Positions 39,922-41,602 of a stretch of DNA of 41,602 bases are shown piece after piece. Position 1 is the stretch's first letter, and each line of letters opens with the position of its first letter. The stretch spans positions 1-41,602 of the IMG/VR virus record IMGVR_UViG_3300045988_096059; one strand, written 5' to 3'. Made by a program: the position numbers and the translations under genes. The notes beneath the pieces are model-generated. The model saw only the letters and a list, made by a program, of their open reading frames with translations. It did no database searches and was not told the DNA's origin. The stretch is from a virus.

Positions 39922-40012
39922 CGTTGGTATTTCAACGGCTACAGCACTCTGCATAAGTTCCTACGTTTATACATTCAACTATGCCGATAATTTACATTAA
40001 GGGAATAGTTGG

Positions 40013-40777
40013 CTATTTCAGCAGGTCTATAGCCCTCTTTGCCTGCTCTGGGCTGGCTATAACTAGATTGTTCGTTACGCTTTGCGGCTGGCTGTCTTCC
40101 TGCCATCCGTGGACTGCTTTCAAGCTAAAGATATCACCCACGCGACCCTTGGAATATAGCCGTTCTTCGGTCTGTTCCTCGATTGCGAGCATGGCTTTTT
40201 GCAACGCCTCTCTGTACGTTATAAGCAGTATTTCCTCTCCGTCGCTGTCTGTAAGTGTGGGAATATCGCCCGTGTGTGGTACTGCGTCTATGTCAATATT
40301 ATGGTATTCGGCGTATTGATAAAGACGGTAGTCATACTCTCCGCCGATCATTTCGTACCATGCCGACTTGCTGACACCTGCCGCCCGGATCATTCCCGCC
40401 ACCGTCAATGGCTTTTCCTGTTCGGTCTGTTCTGTTATGTAGCTATTCAGCCGCTTCACTATCCCGGCCAGATCTTCCTGCTTGTACTTCTTCGCTTTTC
40501 TTTGCTTCTCTGCGATCTCTCTGTACTTGGCGATCTCCGCCGACTCTCTCCGGCTGATCTCTGCCAGTCCTGCGCCGTTCCTGGGCTGTCCTGGCGTCCT
40601 GTTTCCTTTTTTGTGGGCGTTCGGCCCGTTCTCTTTGCTGCCCCTGTCGTACTGATTGATTGCCACGGCTTCCGCCCCCTTTCTGTTTCCTACATCTATA
40701 TGAAAAAAAGACGATTTCCCCGGGCTGGACTGGTTGCCCGGTTCTTTTCGTCTCTTTTCACAATACCATTGTACCAC
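40013..40777 (-). CDS. terS: terminase small subunit (HTH-containing)
   Basis: ...GQPRNG...EDLAGIVKRLNSYITEQTEQEKPLTVAGMIRAAGVSKSAWYEM fits the GRPRK...Yf....kP.T..GLA..LG.S..T...Y pattern of Firmicutes TerS. The start is uncertain (alternative GTG at 40666 preceded by AAAGGGGG). Confidence 0.7.
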   Translation of the reverse strand: MVQWYCEKRRKEPGNQSSPGKSSFFHIDVGNRKGAEAVAINQYDRGSKENGPNAHKKGNRTPGQPRNGAGLAEISRRESAEIAKYREIAEKQRKAKKYKQEDLAGIVKRLNSYITEQTEQEKPLTVAGMIRAAGVSKSAWYEMIGGEYDYRLYQYAEYHNIDIDAVPHTGDIPTLTDSDGEEILLITYREALQKAMLAIEEQTEERLYSKGRVGDIFSLKAVHGWQEDSQPQSVTNNLVIASPEQAKRAIDLLK

Positions 40778-40787
40778 ATTTTTATTG

Positions 40788-40819
40788 CTTCAAGTTGAAG
40801 AAACCCGTTGAATTTTCAA
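40788..40819. promoter_or_regulatory. Two TTGAA-based palindromes in the divergent terS / accessory-block control region
   Basis: CTTCAA-G-TTGAAG (40788..40800) and TTGAA-TT-TTCAA (40808..40819). Confidence 0.4.
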
Positions 40820-40870
40820 TGCTTTGCAGATTGTACGAAAAAAAATACAAGATTAAATTGCAAAAATGTC

Positions 40871-40899
40871 TTGCATACTTGTCCACGTAGTGATAAGAT
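40871..40899 (+). promoter_or_regulatory. Sigma-70-type promoter of the plus-strand accessory block
   Basis: TTGCAT, 17-nt spacer, TAAGAT. The spacer contains box TACTTGTCCACGTA (40876..40889). Confidence 0.6.
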
Positions 40900-41055
40900 A
40901 TAGTCACCGCAAAGGAAAAAGCGAATACAGAAATCACCGGATGCGAGGAAATGGCATTAACTCCGGCGGGCAGATAAGACCCGACAAAACGATAAAAAAA
41001 TCAGACAACAGCGAGCAACTATAAAGGCGGTTGACTACTTAGAAAGGTTTCAGAT

Positions 41056-41127
41056 ATGACTGATTACGAAATGCTATCAATTATGTTGATGGTATTGGGA
41101 TTAGTTTTAATTCACCGGGAAAAGTAA
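41056..41127 (+). CDS. 23-aa hydrophobic peptide resembling Hol-Tox / type I toxin peptides
   Basis: MTDYEMLSIMLMVLGLVLIHREK has a single TM plus a basic tail. RBS GAAAGG. It has a roughly 150-nt leader from the 40871 promoter and is followed by a 12-bp-stem terminator. Confidence 0.5.
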   Translation: MTDYEMLSIMLMVLGLVLIHREK

Positions 41128-41161
41128 ATAACCGCCCTGGATAGTGTGGGGGCGGTTATTT
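41126..41161. terminator. Bidirectional 12-bp-stem hairpin terminator
   Basis: AAATAACCGCCC - 12-nt loop - GGGCGGTTATTT. Confidence 0.8.
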
Positions 41162-41204
41162 AATCGCTATACCTCGCAACCGCTTTAAACGGTTTGCTCG
41201 TTGT
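41126..41204 (-). ncRNA. Predicted ~80-nt antisense RNA (candidate type I antitoxin)
   Basis: Bounded by the minus-strand promoter 41211..41239 and the shared hairpin terminator. It is complementary to the 3' end of the peptide mRNA. Confidence 0.35.
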
Positions 41205-41210
41205 TCATAT

Positions 41211-41239
41211 ATTATAACACAGCCTAGGAGGTGATTCAA
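41211..41239 (-). promoter_or_regulatory. Near-consensus minus-strand promoter convergent on the toxin-like ORF
   Basis: On the minus strand: TTGAAT, 17-nt spacer, TATAAT with TGT extended -10 (TGTGTTATAAT). Confidence 0.6.
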
Positions 41240-41412
41240 TGGGAAAAACCTCTAGCGAGGTAAAAAACCGCTGGAAAGCTGCCCATTATAAACGGGTGAT
41301 CGTTGAGATTCCCAAGGAAGACGGCGAGCGGTTCAAAGCAAAATGCGAGCGTGAGAACGTATCGCAGGCAAGCATTTTGAAAGAAGCTATTTATAAATTT
41401 TTAGGGGAGTAG
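41239..41412 (+). CDS. ribbon-helix-helix (CopG/Arc-like) protein (57 aa)
   Basis: KRVIVEIPKEDGERFKAKCERENVSQASILKEAIYKFL gives a beta-strand/helix/helix pattern. RBS TAGGAGGTG. Confidence 0.65.
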   Translation: MGKTSSEVKNRWKAAHYKRVIVEIPKEDGERFKAKCERENVSQASILKEAIYKFLGE

Positions 41413-41431
41413 TTCCCCTTTAAATTTTACA

Positions 41432-41445
41432 TACTTGGACACGTA
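41432..41445. promoter_or_regulatory. Second copy of the TACTTGnnCACGTA box
   Basis: CATACTTGGACACGTA here versus CATACTTGTCCACGTA at 40874..40889. Confidence 0.45.
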
Positions 41446-41465
41446 TGCAGAAGGGAGAAAAAACA

Positions 41466-41602
41466 ATGAAGAAACATGAAATCACAATCGACATCAATCA
41501 GCTGAACACTACCCAGTTGGAGCAGCTAAGACAAATGACACACTACAACGGACAGATGCAGGAGACAAAAGAAATCAACGACAGGATCGCATTTATATAT
41601 GG
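41466..41602 (+). CDS. 5' part of the junction-spanning small ORF (61 aa in total)
   Basis: ATG at 41466 is preceded by AAGGGAG (MKKHEITIDINQLNTTQLEQLRQMTHYNGQMQETKEINDRIAFIYG...). It runs off the window end inside the terminal repeat. Confidence 0.5.
   Translation, partial: MKKHEITIDINQLNTTQLEQLRQMTHYNGQMQETKEINDRIAFIY
41548..41602. repeat. Terminal direct repeat, copy 2 (identical to 1..55)
   Basis: Exact 55-nt identity with the window start. Confidence 0.95.

Larger units (their letters stand above)
1..41602. mobile_element. Complete temperate tailed dsDNA phage genome (Firmicutes/Clostridia-type), circularly closed contig
   Basis: Contains lysogeny (serine integrase, CI/Cro-like HTH pair), recombination/replication, packaging, capsid, fibre and lysis modules. 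First 55 nt are identical to last 55 nt. GGAGG-type RBSs throughout. Confidence 0.85.

Noticed and set aside
39559-39990. 143-aa plus-strand and 83-aa minus-strand (39703..39954) ORFs in the terS-terL spacer
   Set aside because: They have non-ATG or unsupported starts, no RBS, and translations dominated by the polypyrimidine and G-run tracts. I treat the region as non-coding.
1-41602. Search for reverse transcriptase/DGR, retron, transposase, rRNA, toxin-effector or known multi-gene defence systems
   Set aside because: No ORF shows RT (YxDD), transposase DDE, Cas, or obvious defence ATPase/nuclease signatures beyond the replication, recombination and packaging enzymes listed. This absence is by-eye only and should be confirmed with DefenseFinder/PADLOC.

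Overview
The window is a complete genome (about 41.5 kb) of a temperate tailed dsDNA phage with Firmicutes/Clostridia-type signals: GGAGG-like RBSs, an ArpU regulator, XkdX, a G39P/G40P-type replication pair, a Sak SSAP and a large serine integrase. The first 55 nt equal the last 55 nt, so the contig is circularly closed or terminally redundant, and one small ORF spans the junction.

Layout:
(i) A plus-strand accessory block (40871 across the junction to 2337). It holds a candidate type I toxin/antisense pair, an RHH protein and about 9 small unknown genes.
(ii) A long minus-strand early operon (15350 down to 2441). It runs from a Cro-like gene through a Sak/YqaJ/HNH/NinB recombination module, a replication organizer with internal iterons, a G39P-like loader, a DnaB-like helicase, a resolvase, SSB, a C5-MTase-like gene, Cys-rich mini-proteins, a Lar-like domain, MazG and DUF6378-like genes, and an HTH gene, ending at ArpU.
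(iii) A lysogeny region (14677..18371). It has face-to-face promoters, four CGCA-N2-TGCG boxes, a CI-like repressor, three plus-strand moron-like genes including a lipoprotein, a serine integrase and a candidate attP.
(iv) A minus-strand late region (40777 down to 20618). It runs TerS, a 700-bp spacer with an aberrant tRNA, TerL, portal, scaffold, capsid, a tail protein and fibres (one collagen-like), XkdX/holin/M15 endolysin, then a 189-aa protein, a 1,986-aa giant protein and a sigma-region-4-only protein. At least five intrinsic terminators punctuate this region.
(v) A terminator-insulated five-gene orphan module (20543 down to 18382) of low-complexity, Cys-cluster and BclA-C/C1q-like proteins in the classical moron slot next to int.

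The orphan module is my best candidate for an undescribed system. I found no CRISPR array, rRNA, transposase or reverse transcriptase. All family assignments come from motif recognition by eye and need HMM or structure confirmation.
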